From contig PMOA01000053.1 in the NCBI GenBank assembly GCA_003161635.1, positions 137,402-201,401 on the forward strand: a stretch of 64,000 nucleotides of DNA, written 5' to 3'. Of this stretch, positions 1-11,232 are shown in pieces. Within the stretch, counting starts at the first letter, position 1, and each line of letters begins with the position of its first letter. This DNA is from Limisphaerales bacterium (GTDB taxonomy: Bacteria > Verrucomicrobiota > Verrucomicrobiia > Limisphaerales > UBA11358). Under the pieces are notes generated by a model, which had not been told where the DNA came from, made no database searches, and was given only the letters and a program-made list of their open reading frames with translations. A program made the translations under genes and the position numbers.

Positions 1-440
1 ACGACCACGGTTTGCAAATCTTCCGCTTTCGTTTCAGCGGAAGTCGCGGCCTCCGCCTTCGTCCCCGTCTCCGCTTCGTTTTGACGCGACGGGTCGCTGT
101 AGCGCGACAAGATATGAATCGTCCAGACGATTTGCGTCACCGGCATCGGGGAGAGTTTCTCCAGTTGCAACTCCACCATCGCGAACGTTTCCTCGAAATT
201 GCTCTTGGGCAATTCGATGACGCGCAGAAAGACATTTTCCGGCGGCAGCCATGCGACGTTCAACCGCGGCTGCCACAATGAACTCCATGATTTTGCGATC
301 AATCTGGGCGGCAACGGCTCGTCAAGCGCGGCGCGATGCTCGCGATTCAGGGCAAAACCGCCGCCCTTGGCGTCGAATTGCCAGAGGCAATTCGCGTCGG
401 ACGCGATTTGCAGGATGTTGCAGAAATGCCAGCGGGCCAT
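1..440 (-). CDS. hypothetical protein, truncated by window edge (downstream of the secretion ATPase; possibly pilus/T2SS-assembly associated)
   Basis: My own minus-strand translation: ATG at 440..438 (MARWHFCNILQ...LRVIELPKSNFEETFAMVELQLEKLSPMPVTQIVW...) stays open for about 146 codons to position 1. Absent from the ORF track because no stop lies in the window. Same strand as the ATPase gene and 45 nt downstream of it. Confidence 0.4.
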   Translation of the reverse strand, partial: MARWHFCNILQIASDANCLWQFDAKGGGFALNREHRAALDEPLPPRLIAKSWSSLWQPRLNVAWLPPENVFLRVIELPKSNFEETFAMVELQLEKLSPMPVTQIVWTIHILSRYSDPSRQNEAETGTKAEAATSAETKAEDLQTVV

Positions 441-485
441 ATCAGGAAATTTTTGGGAGTGCCGGGGTCAATGTCACGTCTCGAC

Positions 486-2225
486 CTACATTTCGGTTTT
501 GGTGTCGCCGCCGAGCGTGTCCATGTGCTCCTCGATTTGTGTGACGCGCAAAACTTCTTCGATGGTCGTCTCGCCGTTTTTGACCTTGGTCCAGCCGTCG
601 GTGCGCAATGTGCGCATCCCCTGTTCTATGGCCTTCGCCGCAATGGTCGAAGCGGGTGCGCGACTCAAAAGCAGCGGACGCATGGCCTCGTTGACGATGA
701 GCAGCTCGTAAATGCCTTTGCGTCCTTGATAGCCAAATTGCCGGCACTCTTCGCAACCGGTGCCGCGCCAGAATTTCGCCGTACTGATTTCCTCTTCCGG
801 AAAACCGATGCGCCGAAGGTAATCGGGCTCGACCTTTTGCTCGGTTTTGCAATGCGGACAAATCGTGCGGATGAGGCGCTGAGCCATGACGGCCTCGACC
901 GACGACGCCACGAGAAACGGCTCAATGCCCATGTCAATCAACCGCGTGAACGCGCTCGGCGCGTCGTTCGTGTGCAGCGTGCTGAAGACCAGGTGACCGG
1001 TCAACGACGCGCGGATAGCGATCTCGGCGGTCTCCAGGTCGCGAATTTCGCCGACCATGATGACATTCGGGTCCTGGCGCAAAATGTGGCGCAAACCCAT
1101 CGCAAACGTCAGGCCGATGTCCGGTCGCACGGCGATTTGGTTGATGCCTTTGAGTTCGTATTCGACCGGCTCCTCAATCGTGATGATGCGTTTATGCACG
1201 GAATTGATCGTGCTGAGAAAAGCGTAGAGCGACGTGGACTTGCCCGAGCCGGTCGGCCCGGTGACGAGGAAAATGCCGTGCGGTTTGATGATGATTTCGC
1301 GGATCATTGCCTCGTCGTTCGACGCGAAACCCAGTTTGTCGAGACTCAGGAATATTTTCCCGCGCGTCAGCAAACGCAGTGAAACGCTTTCGCCGTAAAC
1401 CGTCGGCACAGTCGAAACGCGGATGTCAATCTCCTCGCCCTTGATGCGGACGTTGATGCGGCCGTCCTGCGGCAGGCGTTTCTCGGAAATGTTCATGCCG
1501 CTCATCACTTTGATGCGCGAAATGAGCGCGGCCTGATAGCGTTTCAACTGCGGCGGCATCGGCGTCTGATGCAAAATGCCGTCAATGCGGTAGCGAATGC
1601 GCAGTTCGTCCTCCGCCGGTTCAAAGTGAATGTCCGTCGCGCGGTCCTTGAACGCCTCCCAGATGACCTGGTTGACGAATTTGATGACGCTGGCCTCCTG
1701 ATCGTCCTCGGTGATTTCCTTGTCGTTGGCGATTTCCAATTCCATCGGCTCGTCATCGCCCATTTCATCGAGCGTTTCGGCGCCGACGCCGTAATATTTC
1801 TTCAGCGCCTTTTCGATTTCAGTTTTCGGCGCGAGCGCGAATTGCACCGGCATCCGCGCGTCGAACCGCACAGCATTCATCATCGCGGCATCGAATGGAT
1901 CGCTTACGGCCACTTGCAATGCGCCATCGTTCACGTCCGTGGGCAGGATGGAATACTGAAACGCGATCTTCGTGGAAATTTTGTTCCGCGCCTCCGGCGG
2001 AGTTGTGTGCTTGGGCAAATCCAAAAATGGCCAGCCGAGCGTTTGCGCCAGCTTTTGGAGAAAAGCGTCCTCGGCCACGCCGCGCTCGCGGGCGATGAAC
2101 CCGAGCAGCGGCTCCGCCGAGCCGTTGTTTGCGGCGGCGCGCCACGCCTTGCGCCAGTCGTCAAACTGGACGGGCGTCGCGTCGGCGACCGACGCGATTA
2201 GATTTTTTACCGAGCTAAAACCCAT
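486..2225 (-). CDS. type II secretion / type IV pilus assembly ATPase (GspE/PilB family)
   Basis: 579 aa. N-terminal GspE_N-like region, Walker A GPTGSGKST, conserved Asp/His boxes, C-terminal tetracysteine CPHC...CEEC. Confidence 0.9.
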   Translation of the reverse strand: MGFSSVKNLIASVADATPVQFDDWRKAWRAAANNGSAEPLLGFIARERGVAEDAFLQKLAQTLGWPFLDLPKHTTPPEARNKISTKIAFQYSILPTDVNDGALQVAVSDPFDAAMMNAVRFDARMPVQFALAPKTEIEKALKKYYGVGAETLDEMGDDEPMELEIANDKEITEDDQEASVIKFVNQVIWEAFKDRATDIHFEPAEDELRIRYRIDGILHQTPMPPQLKRYQAALISRIKVMSGMNISEKRLPQDGRINVRIKGEEIDIRVSTVPTVYGESVSLRLLTRGKIFLSLDKLGFASNDEAMIREIIIKPHGIFLVTGPTGSGKSTSLYAFLSTINSVHKRIITIEEPVEYELKGINQIAVRPDIGLTFAMGLRHILRQDPNVIMVGEIRDLETAEIAIRASLTGHLVFSTLHTNDAPSAFTRLIDMGIEPFLVASSVEAVMAQRLIRTICPHCKTEQKVEPDYLRRIGFPEEEISTAKFWRGTGCEECRQFGYQGRKGIYELLIVNEAMRPLLLSRAPASTIAAKAIEQGMRTLRTDGWTKVKNGETTIEEVLRVTQIEEHMDTLGGDTKTEM

Positions 2226-2365
2226 TTGTTACCTTCAGTTTGGTTACCGTCAGTTTAACAGCGAAAAACCGGGAAAGTTGCGGTTTTAAGCAAACAATTC
2301 AAGCAAACAATACGCCGCCTTAATTCGTGCAATTGGGGCGAAAATCCGCTATTTCCTGCTCCAAT

Positions 2366-3211
2366 ATGAAACAATTTGCCACCGTCACCGTCATCGGACG
2401 GGACAAGACCGGCGTCATTGCGCGCGTCACCGCCTTTCTCTTCGAGCAACACGCCAACATTGAGGCGCTGGAGGAACAAGTCACCCGCGGCCAGTTCAGC
2501 ATGACCCTTCAGGCCTCCTGGCGTCCGGCGGATTGCGACGCCGCGAGCCTTCGCGCCGGACTGGACACCCTCGCCCGCCGGCTCGGCATGGAAATCAAGG
2601 TGCGCTTCACCGAACCCAACCGCCGCCAGCGCTTCGCCATCATGGTGACGAAGGAAACGCATTGCTTCGACGCGCTCCTGGCCGCGCACCGCCGCCGCCA
2701 ATTCAAAGCCGATCCCATGCTCGTGATTTCCAACCGCCCCGACCTCGCGCCGCTCGCGCGAAAAAACAAATTGCCGTTTGCGCACATTCCGTGGAACGAC
2801 CGCGCGCAGGCCGAGAGCCAGGCGTTGCGACTGCTCGAAGAATACCAGATTGATTTCGTCGTGCTCGCGCGCTTCATGAAAATTCTCTCGCCGAACTTCG
2901 TGTGGCGTTACAAAAACAAGATCATCAACATTCATCCGTCGTTGCTGCCGAGTTTTCCCGGCCCGCAGGCGTATCGTCAGGCGTATGAAAACGGCGTGAA
3001 GATTGCCGGCGTCACCGCGCACTTCGTTTCGATGCGGCTGGACGAAGGACCGATCATCGCGCAAGGCTCGTTCCAGATTCGTCCCGGCATGGCGCTCAAG
3101 GAACTCGTCGCGCGCGGCCAGCAACTCGAAGCCGGCGTGCTCGTCAAGGCCGTGAAACTTTATCTCGGCAAACGGCTGGACGTCTATTGGGGCGTGGTGA
3201 AGGAGGTTTGA
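2366..3211 (+). CDS. purU: formyltetrahydrofolate deformylase
   Basis: ACT domain (TVIGRDKTGVIARVTAFL) plus formyltransferase core (INIHPSLLPSFPG, AHFV..DEGPII). ORF track starts at 2327; the ATG at 2366 (MKQFATV) is preferred. Confidence 0.85.
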   Translation: MKQFATVTVIGRDKTGVIARVTAFLFEQHANIEALEEQVTRGQFSMTLQASWRPADCDAASLRAGLDTLARRLGMEIKVRFTEPNRRQRFAIMVTKETHCFDALLAAHRRRQFKADPMLVISNRPDLAPLARKNKLPFAHIPWNDRAQAESQALRLLEEYQIDFVVLARFMKILSPNFVWRYKNKIINIHPSLLPSFPGPQAYRQAYENGVKIAGVTAHFVSMRLDEGPIIAQGSFQIRPGMALKELVARGQQLEAGVLVKAVKLYLGKRLDVYWGVVKEV

Positions 3212-3427
3212 AATGGAAGCCGTTTATTACGTCATCAGGATTTATCCGCACGATCTGGTGAAGCCCAAGGCGCAGTAGTTCCCACCCCGGATTGAAATCT
3301 GTCCTGTTTTGGGGCGGAAGGCATGCGTTGGCGCTTCCATCCAGGCCAAAAATTTTCTCGAAAAAAGTTGTTCGCTTTCTTGAACTGATTTCATGCCGGC
3401 CTGTCAGAGAGGCAAAGGAAAAGTTGT

Positions 3428-3994
3428 ATGAACGCCATTGCATCGCATGAAGAACGGTTGTTTAAAATGACGCTGAAAGCAGCGGTCATTTACGATGATT
3501 TCGATTTTGCCGCGCGAGCCGCCGCGCTGTTGGAACGCGTGGCGATTCGCGCGGACGAAGCCATGAAGTGGGACGTCAAACCGTGGAGGCTGGACGTGCT
3601 GCAAGAGTCATCCCTGGCCGACGCCGCCCTCGACGAAACCGCCGACGCGGACTTGATTGTGGTTGCCTTGCGCAAGACCCCGTCGCTACCGGATGAATTG
3701 ATGGGCTGGCTGGAGCGTTGGGCGATGAAACGGCAAACCGAGGACGCCACCATGATGATGTTTTGCCCGGAGGAAAACGCCGCGTCAACGCCACTTTGGC
3801 GCGAACTGAAAGAGTTCGCGGAATGGCACAGCCTGCCTTTTCTGGGCAGTCGCAATTTGCGCGATGACGGGGATTCGATGGATTTTGTCCATGGGTTGTG
3901 GCCGCAGAAACAGCCGCCTCAACCTGTTGTGCCAACGCTTGAATTGTTTGCAGAATCGCCGCACCCATCCGGCCATTGGGGCATCAACGAATAA
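3428..3994 (+). CDS. hypothetical protein
   Basis: 188-aa ORF in an otherwise empty interval. No recognisable motif. Internal ATG at 3467 (MTLKAAVIYDD) is an alternative start. Confidence 0.45.
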   Translation: MNAIASHEERLFKMTLKAAVIYDDFDFAARAAALLERVAIRADEAMKWDVKPWRLDVLQESSLADAALDETADADLIVVALRKTPSLPDELMGWLERWAMKRQTEDATMMMFCPEENAASTPLWRELKEFAEWHSLPFLGSRNLRDDGDSMDFVHGLWPQKQPPQPVVPTLELFAESPHPSGHWGINE

Positions 3995-4082
3995 AATTTG
4001 TTTGACGTTTGCGTTGTCGCGGCTTCGGACTAAGATTGCATCAGGGCTTGGAGCTTTGCGGCCCTTGGAAAGGAAAAAAGTT

Positions 4083-4376
4083 ATGGCAAAGAAAACGAAC
4101 TCAAGGAACGGCGGTCGTGGTCAAAAACAAGTCTTCGCGTTCTCCGCACCCGGCGCGGCGAGCGTGCAGTTGGTGGGTGATTTTACGCATTGGCAGGAGC
4201 GTCCCATCAATTTGCAAAAAGGCGCGGACGGCCTGTGGCGGACAACGGTGGAATTGAAACCGGGCACGCACCACTACCGTTTCCTCGTGGACGGCGAATG
4301 GCGCGACGACCCCGAATGCGCTCTTCGCACGCAGAATCCTTACGGCAGCGAAAACATGATGCGGCAAGTGGCGTGA
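4083..4376 (+). CDS. glycogen-binding CBM48 / AMPK-beta-like domain protein
   Basis: MAKKTN... with VQLVGDFTHWQ...GLWRTTVELKPGTHHYRFLVDGEWRDDP, typical of the AMPK1_CBM/CBM48 fold. ATG at 4083 lies inside the longer track ORF 3864..4376. Confidence 0.7.
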   Translation: MAKKTNSRNGGRGQKQVFAFSAPGAASVQLVGDFTHWQERPINLQKGADGLWRTTVELKPGTHHYRFLVDGEWRDDPECALRTQNPYGSENMMRQVA

Positions 4377-4544
4377 GCGTCATCGCATTCGTCTGACATA
4401 AGATTGAGAATCAGATTTTCGCAGCGCGCGGTTGAAAGATTCATTGGCGCGCAAAGGTGGGAAGTTTATTTTTGACGCGCCACAACCTGCCTTCACAAGC
4501 TGCTTGCGCCTCGACGGATGCTTCCAAAGTGATACGTTGTTCGC

Positions 4545-5552
4545 GTGAACGACCTTCTCATTGGTCTGGTTGGCGCATTGATAGCCACGAATCAACCGCT
4601 GGCCGTCAGTAATTTGATTCAGCAGAACGCCGGTGTCTCGGTCACGATTGTGAATCCCAACGACCCGGCGGAGAAGGAATTGACGCAGTTGATGACCGAG
4701 GACGAAGCGGCGCTGGTCGAGGTGGACAAATGGATTCGCGATAACAACGCCTTTGCCACGCAGGGGGCGGGCGAGCCGAGGGAGGCATTGAACCGGCGCA
4801 TCCTCGCGCGCTTCGAGCCGGTGCGCAAAGACTACGAGGATTTTCTGCGGCGTTATCCGAATTTCGCGCGCGGGCATCTGGCCTATGGCAGCTTTCTGAA
4901 CGACATCAGCGAAGAAGAGGCGGCGGGGGCGCAATACGAGAAAGCCGCGCAGCTCGACCCAAAAAATCCGGCGGTGTGGAACCAGCTCGCCAACTATTAC
5001 GGCGAACATGGCCCGCTCACCAACGCCTTCGTGGATTACGCCAAAGCCATCGAATTGAATCCAGCGGAGCCGGTGTATTACCAAAATCTCGCGACAACAG
5101 TTTATCTTTTCCGCAAGGACGCGAGGGCATTTTACGGCATCAGCGAGGAGCAGGTTTTCGACAAGGCGCTTGCGCTGTATCGCAAGGCCATGCAATTGAA
5201 TCCGCAAAATTTCCTGCTCGCGGCCGATTACGCGGAAAGCTATTACGGCATCCGCCCGCTCCGCACCAACGATGCCCTCGGGGCCTGGACGAATGCGCTC
5301 CAAATCGCCCACGACGACAATGAGCGCGAAGGCGTTTACATCCATCTGGCCCGGATCAAAATGGTCGTCGGCCGTTTCGCCGAGGCCCGGGCGCATCTCA
5401 ACGACGTGACCAATGCGGCGTTCGCCGACCTCAAGCACCGGCTCGAAAAGAGTCTCGCCGAACGCGAAAACCCCGCGACAAACACCAATGCCGTCGGCGT
5501 TTTCACAAATGCGCTGGCTGTTCCCACCAACGCATCGAATCCTGGGCCATGA
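4545..5552 (+). CDS. TPR repeat protein
   Basis: 335 aa, GTG start. Repeated A..Y..A..L.P.N helical-pair pattern ([50 protein letters not shown]). Confidence 0.7.
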   Translation: MNDLLIGLVGALIATNQPLAVSNLIQQNAGVSVTIVNPNDPAEKELTQLMTEDEAALVEVDKWIRDNNAFATQGAGEPREALNRRILARFEPVRKDYEDFLRRYPNFARGHLAYGSFLNDISEEEAAGAQYEKAAQLDPKNPAVWNQLANYYGEHGPLTNAFVDYAKAIELNPAEPVYYQNLATTVYLFRKDARAFYGISEEQVFDKALALYRKAMQLNPQNFLLAADYAESYYGIRPLRTNDALGAWTNALQIAHDDNEREGVYIHLARIKMVVGRFAEARAHLNDVTNAAFADLKHRLEKSLAERENPATNTNAVGVFTNALAVPTNASNPGP

Positions 5553-5613
5553 AACTTTTTCATGGTTTGCCGCGAAATTTCTGCTACCTTGCCGGGCACA
5601 ATTTGCACAAACC

Positions 5614-6006
5614 ATGAGCTTTTACGACAAACTGAAATTTGATTCGAACGGCCTGATTCCAGCCATCATTCAGGAACAAAAAACCGGCCGCGTCGTAATG
5701 ATGGCGTGGATGAACCGCGCCTCGCTCGAAAAAACCATTGAGACCGGCAAGACGCATTTCTGGAGCCGGTCGCGCCAGAAATTCTGGATGAAAGGCGAGG
5801 AAAGCGGCCACACGCAAACGGTCAAGGACATCGCGTTCGACTGCGACGGCGACACACTGTTGATCCAGGTGGACCAAATCGGCGCGGCCTGCCACGAAGG
5901 CTACCAGTCGTGCTTTTTCCGCTCGGTGGAAAAGGACGGCCAATCGTTCAAAATCACCGAGCCGCAACTCGAAACCCCGGAGCAGATTTACGGCACGAAA
6001 AAATAA
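5614..6006 (+). CDS. hisI: phosphoribosyl-AMP cyclohydrolase
   Basis: [21 protein letters not shown]...MMAWMN...[24 protein letters not shown]...V.Q.G.ACH.G..SCF is the HisI signature. ATG at 5614 lies inside track ORF 5413..6006. Confidence 0.85.
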   Translation: MSFYDKLKFDSNGLIPAIIQEQKTGRVVMMAWMNRASLEKTIETGKTHFWSRSRQKFWMKGEESGHTQTVKDIAFDCDGDTLLIQVDQIGAACHEGYQSCFFRSVEKDGQSFKITEPQLETPEQIYGTKK

Positions 6007-6626
6007 TGGATGTCACTTTTCCATTCGCCAGCCGCGAATACTGCCTGTTGCTGTTGCTGCTGGTTTTTGCGCGGGGAATGGATTTTCTCAGCACCTGGAT
6101 CGCGACGCCGAACCTCGTGCTCGAAGGCAATCCCCTCGCCAAAAAACTCGGCTGGCAATGGGGTTTGCTGCTCAACATTGTTCTCGTCAGCGTGCTCGCC
6201 ATGTGGCCGTTGTCGGCCATCGTCGTCGCCACCGCGAGCGTGCTCGTGGCCGCGCGTAATTTTCAATCCGCATGGCTGATGCACTCGCTCGGCGAGGAAC
6301 ATTACCGGCAATGGCACGTCGAGCGGATTCAGGAGACGCGCATCACGCTCTATCTGTTTTGCCTCGCGGGCAACACGCTTCTGACCGCCGGCGTTGGGGC
6401 GGCGCTGATCTATTTCAGCCACCTTCGGCTGGTGCCGTTCGCCATCGGCATGGGCATGGTGGCCTACGCGGTCGCCGTGGCGTTTTACACGCTGCTGGCG
6501 ATCTGGCGAATCCGGCGCGCGGCCAAAAAACTGGCCGTGCGGCAAAATTCCCGCGCGAATGACAAAAGTTTGACGGTTGACACCTGGGTTCGCGTCGAAA
6601 ATCGCTCGCCTGACAAAATCATTTAG
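6006..6626 (+). CDS. integral membrane protein, unknown function
   Basis: MDVTFPF... with 5-6 hydrophobic segments. The ATG overlaps the hisI stop (TAATG). Confidence 0.55.
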   Translation: MDVTFPFASREYCLLLLLLVFARGMDFLSTWIATPNLVLEGNPLAKKLGWQWGLLLNIVLVSVLAMWPLSAIVVATASVLVAARNFQSAWLMHSLGEEHYRQWHVERIQETRITLYLFCLAGNTLLTAGVGAALIYFSHLRLVPFAIGMGMVAYAVAVAFYTLLAIWRIRRAAKKLAVRQNSRANDKSLTVDTWVRVENRSPDKII

Positions 6627-6629
6627 CCA

Positions 6630-8129
6630 ATGCATTCACCGACACTGGATGAATTTTTGAAACTGGCCGCGCAGGGCAACGTGATTCCCATCACGCGCCG
6701 CCTGCTGGCCGACATTGAAACGCCGCTTTCGGCCTACCGAAAAATCTGCGGCGCGGGCGAATCGTTTTTATTCGAATCAGTCGAAGGCGGCGAGCATCTC
6801 GGGCGCTATTCGTTTGTTGGTTGCAATCCGCGCGCGGTCATCAAGCAAACCGGCAATCGCGTCGAAGTCATCGAAAACGGAAAAGTCGTCGAAACCGCCT
6901 CCGTCGGCGGGGACATGAAAGACGGCCTGGTGATCGTCGAGCGTGTGATGAAAAAATATCGCGCGGTCTTGCTGCCGGGTTTGCCGCGTTTCACCGGCGG
7001 CGCCATCGGTTTAATCGGCTACGAATTCATTCACGACGTTGAACCCGTCGTGCCGCGCCCGCCCAAGGACGAATTGCAAACGCCCACCATGGTTTTTCTC
7101 ATCGCCGACCAATTACTGATTTTTGACCGGGTGGCACAGACCATCACCGTCTTGGTCAACGCCTTTCTCGACGGCGCAGCGGGGCCGGCCGAGGTTTACG
7201 AAGATGCCGTCGGCGAAATTGAGCGGCTGGTTGCGTTGCTCGAACAGCCGAGCGAACACCATCCCGTCAGCCTGCCGGACGAAGTGCCGCCGGCGCCATT
7301 TGAGTCGAACGTCACCAAGGAAAAGTTTTTTGCGAACGTGCTCAAAGCCAAGGAATACATCACGGCGGGCGACATCATCCAGGTCGTCGGTTCGCAACGG
7401 TTTTCCACGCCGGTAAAGGCGTCGCCGATTGATGTTTATCGTGCCGTGCGCTCGGTAAATCCGTCGCCCTACATGTTTTTGCTGGAGCTTGACGGCTTTT
7501 CGCTTGTGGGCGCCTCACCGGAAATTCACGTGCGTTGCGAGGATGGCCGGGTGGAAATCCGCCCCATTGCCGGCACGCGGCGGCGCGGCAAAACGGACGC
7601 GGAAGACGCGGCACTGGAAAAGGAATTGCTGGCCGACCCAAAGGAACGTGCCGAGCACGTGATGCTCGTGGATCTGGCGCGCAACGACATCGGGCGCGTG
7701 TGCGATTTCGGCAGCGTGCGGGTGAAGGACCTGATGATCATTGAGCGTTACAGCCACGTCATGCATATCGTGTCGCAGGTTGAAGGCAAACTTTCCGCCG
7801 ACAAGACGCTTTACGATTTGATGCGCGCGACGTTTCCGGCGGGCACGGTCAGCGGCGCCCCGAAAATCCGCGCGATGCAGATTATTTCCGAGCTCGAACA
7901 GACCACCCGCGGACCGTACGGCGGCTGCGTCGGTTATTTTTCGTTCAACGGCAATCTCGACACGTGCATCACCATCCGTACCGCGCTGCTCAAGGACGGC
8001 AAAGCTTACGTGCAGGCCGGGGGCGGCTGGGTCAACGATTCGACGCCCGAGGGTGAATTTCAGGAGACCGTCAACAAATCCAAGGCCATGCTCAAAGCCG
8101 TGGCGATGGCGGAAGGATTCGCGCGCTGA
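6630..8129 (+). CDS. trpE: anthranilate synthase component I
   Basis: 499 aa. Chorismate-binding motifs [60 protein letters not shown]. Confidence 0.9.
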   Translation: MHSPTLDEFLKLAAQGNVIPITRRLLADIETPLSAYRKICGAGESFLFESVEGGEHLGRYSFVGCNPRAVIKQTGNRVEVIENGKVVETASVGGDMKDGLVIVERVMKKYRAVLLPGLPRFTGGAIGLIGYEFIHDVEPVVPRPPKDELQTPTMVFLIADQLLIFDRVAQTITVLVNAFLDGAAGPAEVYEDAVGEIERLVALLEQPSEHHPVSLPDEVPPAPFESNVTKEKFFANVLKAKEYITAGDIIQVVGSQRFSTPVKASPIDVYRAVRSVNPSPYMFLLELDGFSLVGASPEIHVRCEDGRVEIRPIAGTRRRGKTDAEDAALEKELLADPKERAEHVMLVDLARNDIGRVCDFGSVRVKDLMIIERYSHVMHIVSQVEGKLSADKTLYDLMRATFPAGTVSGAPKIRAMQIISELEQTTRGPYGGCVGYFSFNGNLDTCITIRTALLKDGKAYVQAGGGWVNDSTPEGEFQETVNKSKAMLKAVAMAEGFAR

Positions 8130-8130
8130 A

Positions 8131-8315
8131 AATTTAATCCGCCTGTAGCAGCCGAGGTAACGAGGCTGATCGGGTTGAGGGTTCATGGTTGAGAGTTGAG
8201 AGTTATGAAAAGTCAGAGCCCCCTCACCAGTCTTCGCACCAAGTGCTACGACCCGGCAGGCGTCGGCTGCTACGATTTCGGCCATGTTCTTCACGCGACA
8301 TTCGGAATTAAATCG
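8131..8315. repeat. imperfect long palindrome with internal degenerate heptad repeats
   Basis: 11-bp perfect inverted repeat GTAGCAGCCGA (8145-8155) / TCGGCTGCTAC (8263-8273). Outer imperfect arms at 8131-8141 and 8303-8313. Heptads GGTTGAG GGTTCAT GGTTGAG AGTTGAG AGTTATG at 8173-8207. Confidence 0.6.
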
Positions 8316-8363
8316 TTTGCGGCCGGTGGGTCTTTTGTTAAGCTGCCTTAAGTCTGGGAAGTT

Positions 8364-9644
8364 ATGAAGCGTTGGCATTTCATCACCATGGCGGGACTGC
8401 TTCTGGGCACAGTGGCGGTTCCAGCCGCACAGGTGGGGCTGATCAAAATTGACGGCGCCATCGGTCCGGCCACGGCCAGTTACATCGCACGCGCGGTGGA
8501 CCTGGCGGCGGCGCAGAACGATGAATGCCTCATCATTCAACTCGACACGCCCGGCGGCCTGCTCGAATCCACCAAACAAATCGTCCAGACCTTTTACACC
8601 TCGAAAGTGCCCACGGCCGTTTACGTCGCGCCCTCGGGCGCATGTGCCGGCAGCGCGGGCGTGTTCATCACCCTGGCTGCTGACGTTGCCGCAATGGCGC
8701 CAAACACCAGCATCGGTGCGGCACATCCGGTCGAGATTGGCACCAGTGGCAGCGTCGAAAAAACCGACGACGTGATGAAACAAAAGATGGAGAATTACGC
8801 CTCCAGCTTCATTGAAACCATCGCGGACAAACGGAGCCGCAACGTGGAGTGGGCCAAATCCGCCGTCGTCCAAAGCGTGGCAACAACCGCCGAAAAGGCG
8901 CTCGATATCGGTGTCATTGACCTCATCGCGGATGATATGCCGGATTTGCTCAAACAACTGGATGGCCGCGAATTCAACGGCCGGACGCTTCACACGGCCA
9001 ACGCCAAAGTCGTTGAAATCCCCATGAACCCGTGGGAGCGATTTTCCCAACTATTCCTGCGGCCGGAAGTAATGTTCATCCTGATGCTAATGGTGATTTA
9101 CGGGATCATCGGCGAGTTGAGCCATCCGGGCGCGATCCTGCCGGGCATTGTTGGGGCGATTGCGCTGATCCTCGTGCTTTACATGTCGTCCATCCTGCCG
9201 GTCAACGTCACCGGACTGGTATTGATCGGGCTGGCGATCGCATTGTTCATCGTGGACGTTTTTTCGCCGACGCATGGCGTGTTGACGGCGGGCGGCATTG
9301 TGGCCTTTTTCCTCGGCGCGATGATGCTGTTCAGCCACATCGGGCCGGGCTTTGGATTACCACTGTCCTGGATTGTTCCGGCGACGCTCGTCACGGCGGC
9401 GTTCTTTGTATTCGTCGTCGGCAAGGGTATTCGCGCGCAGTTCAAACCCGTCCAAGCCGGCAAGGAAACCATGCTCGGCCGGACGGTCAACGCGCTTTCC
9501 CGGATTGACTCGCAGGGCGGCAGGGTGTTTATCGAGGGCGAAACTTGGAACGCCGTGAGCGAAACGCCGGTCGAAGCCGGACAGCCCGTCGAAGTCACCG
9601 GCATCGAAGGATTGACGTTGAAAGTGAAACCTAAAAAAACATAA
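8364..9644 (+). CDS. NfeD-family membrane-bound serine protease (ClpP-class)
   Basis: Signal/TM N-terminus, ClpP-like region ([13 protein letters not shown]), multi-TM middle, C-terminal NfeD OB domain ([15 protein letters not shown]...[13 protein letters not shown]). Immediately upstream of a stomatin gene, the classic pairing. Confidence 0.85.
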   Translation: MKRWHFITMAGLLLGTVAVPAAQVGLIKIDGAIGPATASYIARAVDLAAAQNDECLIIQLDTPGGLLESTKQIVQTFYTSKVPTAVYVAPSGACAGSAGVFITLAADVAAMAPNTSIGAAHPVEIGTSGSVEKTDDVMKQKMENYASSFIETIADKRSRNVEWAKSAVVQSVATTAEKALDIGVIDLIADDMPDLLKQLDGREFNGRTLHTANAKVVEIPMNPWERFSQLFLRPEVMFILMLMVIYGIIGELSHPGAILPGIVGAIALILVLYMSSILPVNVTGLVLIGLAIALFIVDVFSPTHGVLTAGGIVAFFLGAMMLFSHIGPGFGLPLSWIVPATLVTAAFFVFVVGKGIRAQFKPVQAGKETMLGRTVNALSRIDSQGGRVFIEGETWNAVSETPVEAGQPVEVTGIEGLTLKVKPKKT

Positions 9645-9655
9645 CGGAGAAAATT

Positions 9656-10438
9656 ATGAACGAACTCATCAGCGGACTTATGAAGTTATTTGGCGCAGCC
9701 GCCCCGGTCGTAATCATTGTCGTGGTGCTGGCGGTCATCGTACTACCCCAAGCCATGCGCATTTTGCGCGAATACGAGCGCGGCGTCATCTTCCGGCTCG
9801 GCAAACTGCAGGGCGCGAAAGGGCCGGGACTGATTTTCCTTATTCCCATCATAGACAAAATGGTGAGGATGGATTTGCGCGTCGTGACCATTGACGTTTC
9901 CAAGCAGGAAATCATGACCCGCGACAACGTGCCGGCCACGGTGGACGCCGTGGTTTATTTCCGCGTCGTAAATCCAATGGACGCCGTGGTGAAGGTGGAG
10001 AATTTCTGGAAAGCGACTTCGCTTATCTCGCAGACGACGTTGCGCAGCGTGCTGGGGCAGTCGCCGTTGGACGACCTGCTTTCGCAACGCGACATCATTA
10101 ACCAGAAGTTGCAGGAAATCATTGATCGCCAGACCGAACCGTGGGGCATCAAAGTCACGGCGGTGGAGGTGAAGGACGTGGCGTTGCCCGACAGCATGAA
10201 GCGCGCGATGGCCAAACAGGCCGAGGCCGAACGCGAACGCCGCGCGAAGATTGTGAACGCGGAAGGCGAATTCCAAGCCGCCGAGAAAATGGTGCAGGCC
10301 GCTTCCTTGATCGCCAAGGAACCGATTGCGCTGCAACTGCGCTATCTGCAGACCATGCGCGAAATGGCCAGCGAACACAACACGACGACATTCCTGCCGC
10401 TGCCGATAGATTTGTTCAGCGCGTTTTTGAAGAAGTAA
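9656..10438 (+). CDS. SPFH/band-7 stomatin-like protein
   Basis: N-terminal TM segment, [13 protein letters not shown], then an SPFH core and a coiled-coil tail [11 protein letters not shown]. Confidence 0.9.
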   Translation: MNELISGLMKLFGAAAPVVIIVVVLAVIVLPQAMRILREYERGVIFRLGKLQGAKGPGLIFLIPIIDKMVRMDLRVVTIDVSKQEIMTRDNVPATVDAVVYFRVVNPMDAVVKVENFWKATSLISQTTLRSVLGQSPLDDLLSQRDIINQKLQEIIDRQTEPWGIKVTAVEVKDVALPDSMKRAMAKQAEAERERRAKIVNAEGEFQAAEKMVQAASLIAKEPIALQLRYLQTMREMASEHNTTTFLPLPIDLFSAFLKK

Positions 10439-10445
10439 TTGCCGA

Positions 10446-11232
10446 ATGGACAAGGTCGAACTGCGAACATTGGCTGAAGCTTTAGGCGAATTGATCAATG
10501 CTTATCGCATTTTAACCGGAAAAAGGCCAATGGCGCCGTTTGTTGGGTTTGCAGTGGATTGTGGAACACCAGCATTGGTCGAACATATTATTCTTCAGGC
10601 TAAAGCTGTCTGCTTGCTTGCTGAATCAAGTCAAGATTTTGCTCCTGTTGCTGCCGCATGCGCTCGAAGTGCAATGGAAGTTGGTGCGCTGGTCGCATGG
10701 TTAGCGAAACCCAAGGACAGCTATGAACGTGAAGGAAGGTGGTTGGGATACTTCAAATCTCTCGAAGACTTTTATCGCAAACAAGCGAAAGAATTAAAAA
10801 CGCGTGATCCCAAAGAGTCAAAAGAAGCACAGGAAATTTTATCAAGCGATCTCAAGAAAATGTCTGCGCCGCGTTTTGGTCGGAACATTGTTCCGGTCAG
10901 TAAACCGTCATTGAAGGATATGATGATAGATTTAGGCTATGAACACCTATAACACAAGTTATCGTGAATTGTGCGAATTGATTCACGGCGGGCCAGAAAC
11001 AATAAGCAGGCATCGCGCTCCTTATCGCAGTTTGTCCATACCTTTCGGGTTTGAGTTTGGATTGTTCTCAAATAACAAACTAGACTGGCAAATTATATTC
11101 AAAGCTACTGGTTGGGGCGTTGGGGTTTCAGCGTATCACAGCAGTCTGAATTTGGGGTTTAACAATTCAAAGTGTGCCAACCTGCTTAACGCACATAAAA
11201 GGCTTGAGGCCTTGGTCGGCCAACTCAAATAG
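10446..11232 (+). pseudogene. DUF5677-like gene split by a 1-nt frame change (track ORFs 10446..10952 and 10939..11232)
   Basis: The first ORF ends ...MMIDLGYEHL*. The second frame continues (M)NTYNTSYRELCELIHGGPE, which restores the Y..Y..LS..vH-type pattern expected in one protein. AT-rich. Confidence 0.35.

Noticed and set aside
336-1382. 348-aa plus-strand ORF
   Set aside because: It lies entirely antisense to the well-supported GspE/PilB ATPase gene. R/A/G-rich shadow ORFs of this kind are typical of high-GC DNA.
4380-5615. 411-aa minus-strand ORF
   Set aside because: It is antisense to the TPR protein gene and the hisI start. Its composition is that of a shadow ORF.
7515-9050. 511-aa minus-strand ORF spanning the trpE end, the spacer and the NfeD gene start
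   Set aside because: It is antisense to two genes with clear family signatures and crosses a structured spacer. No motifs were recognised.
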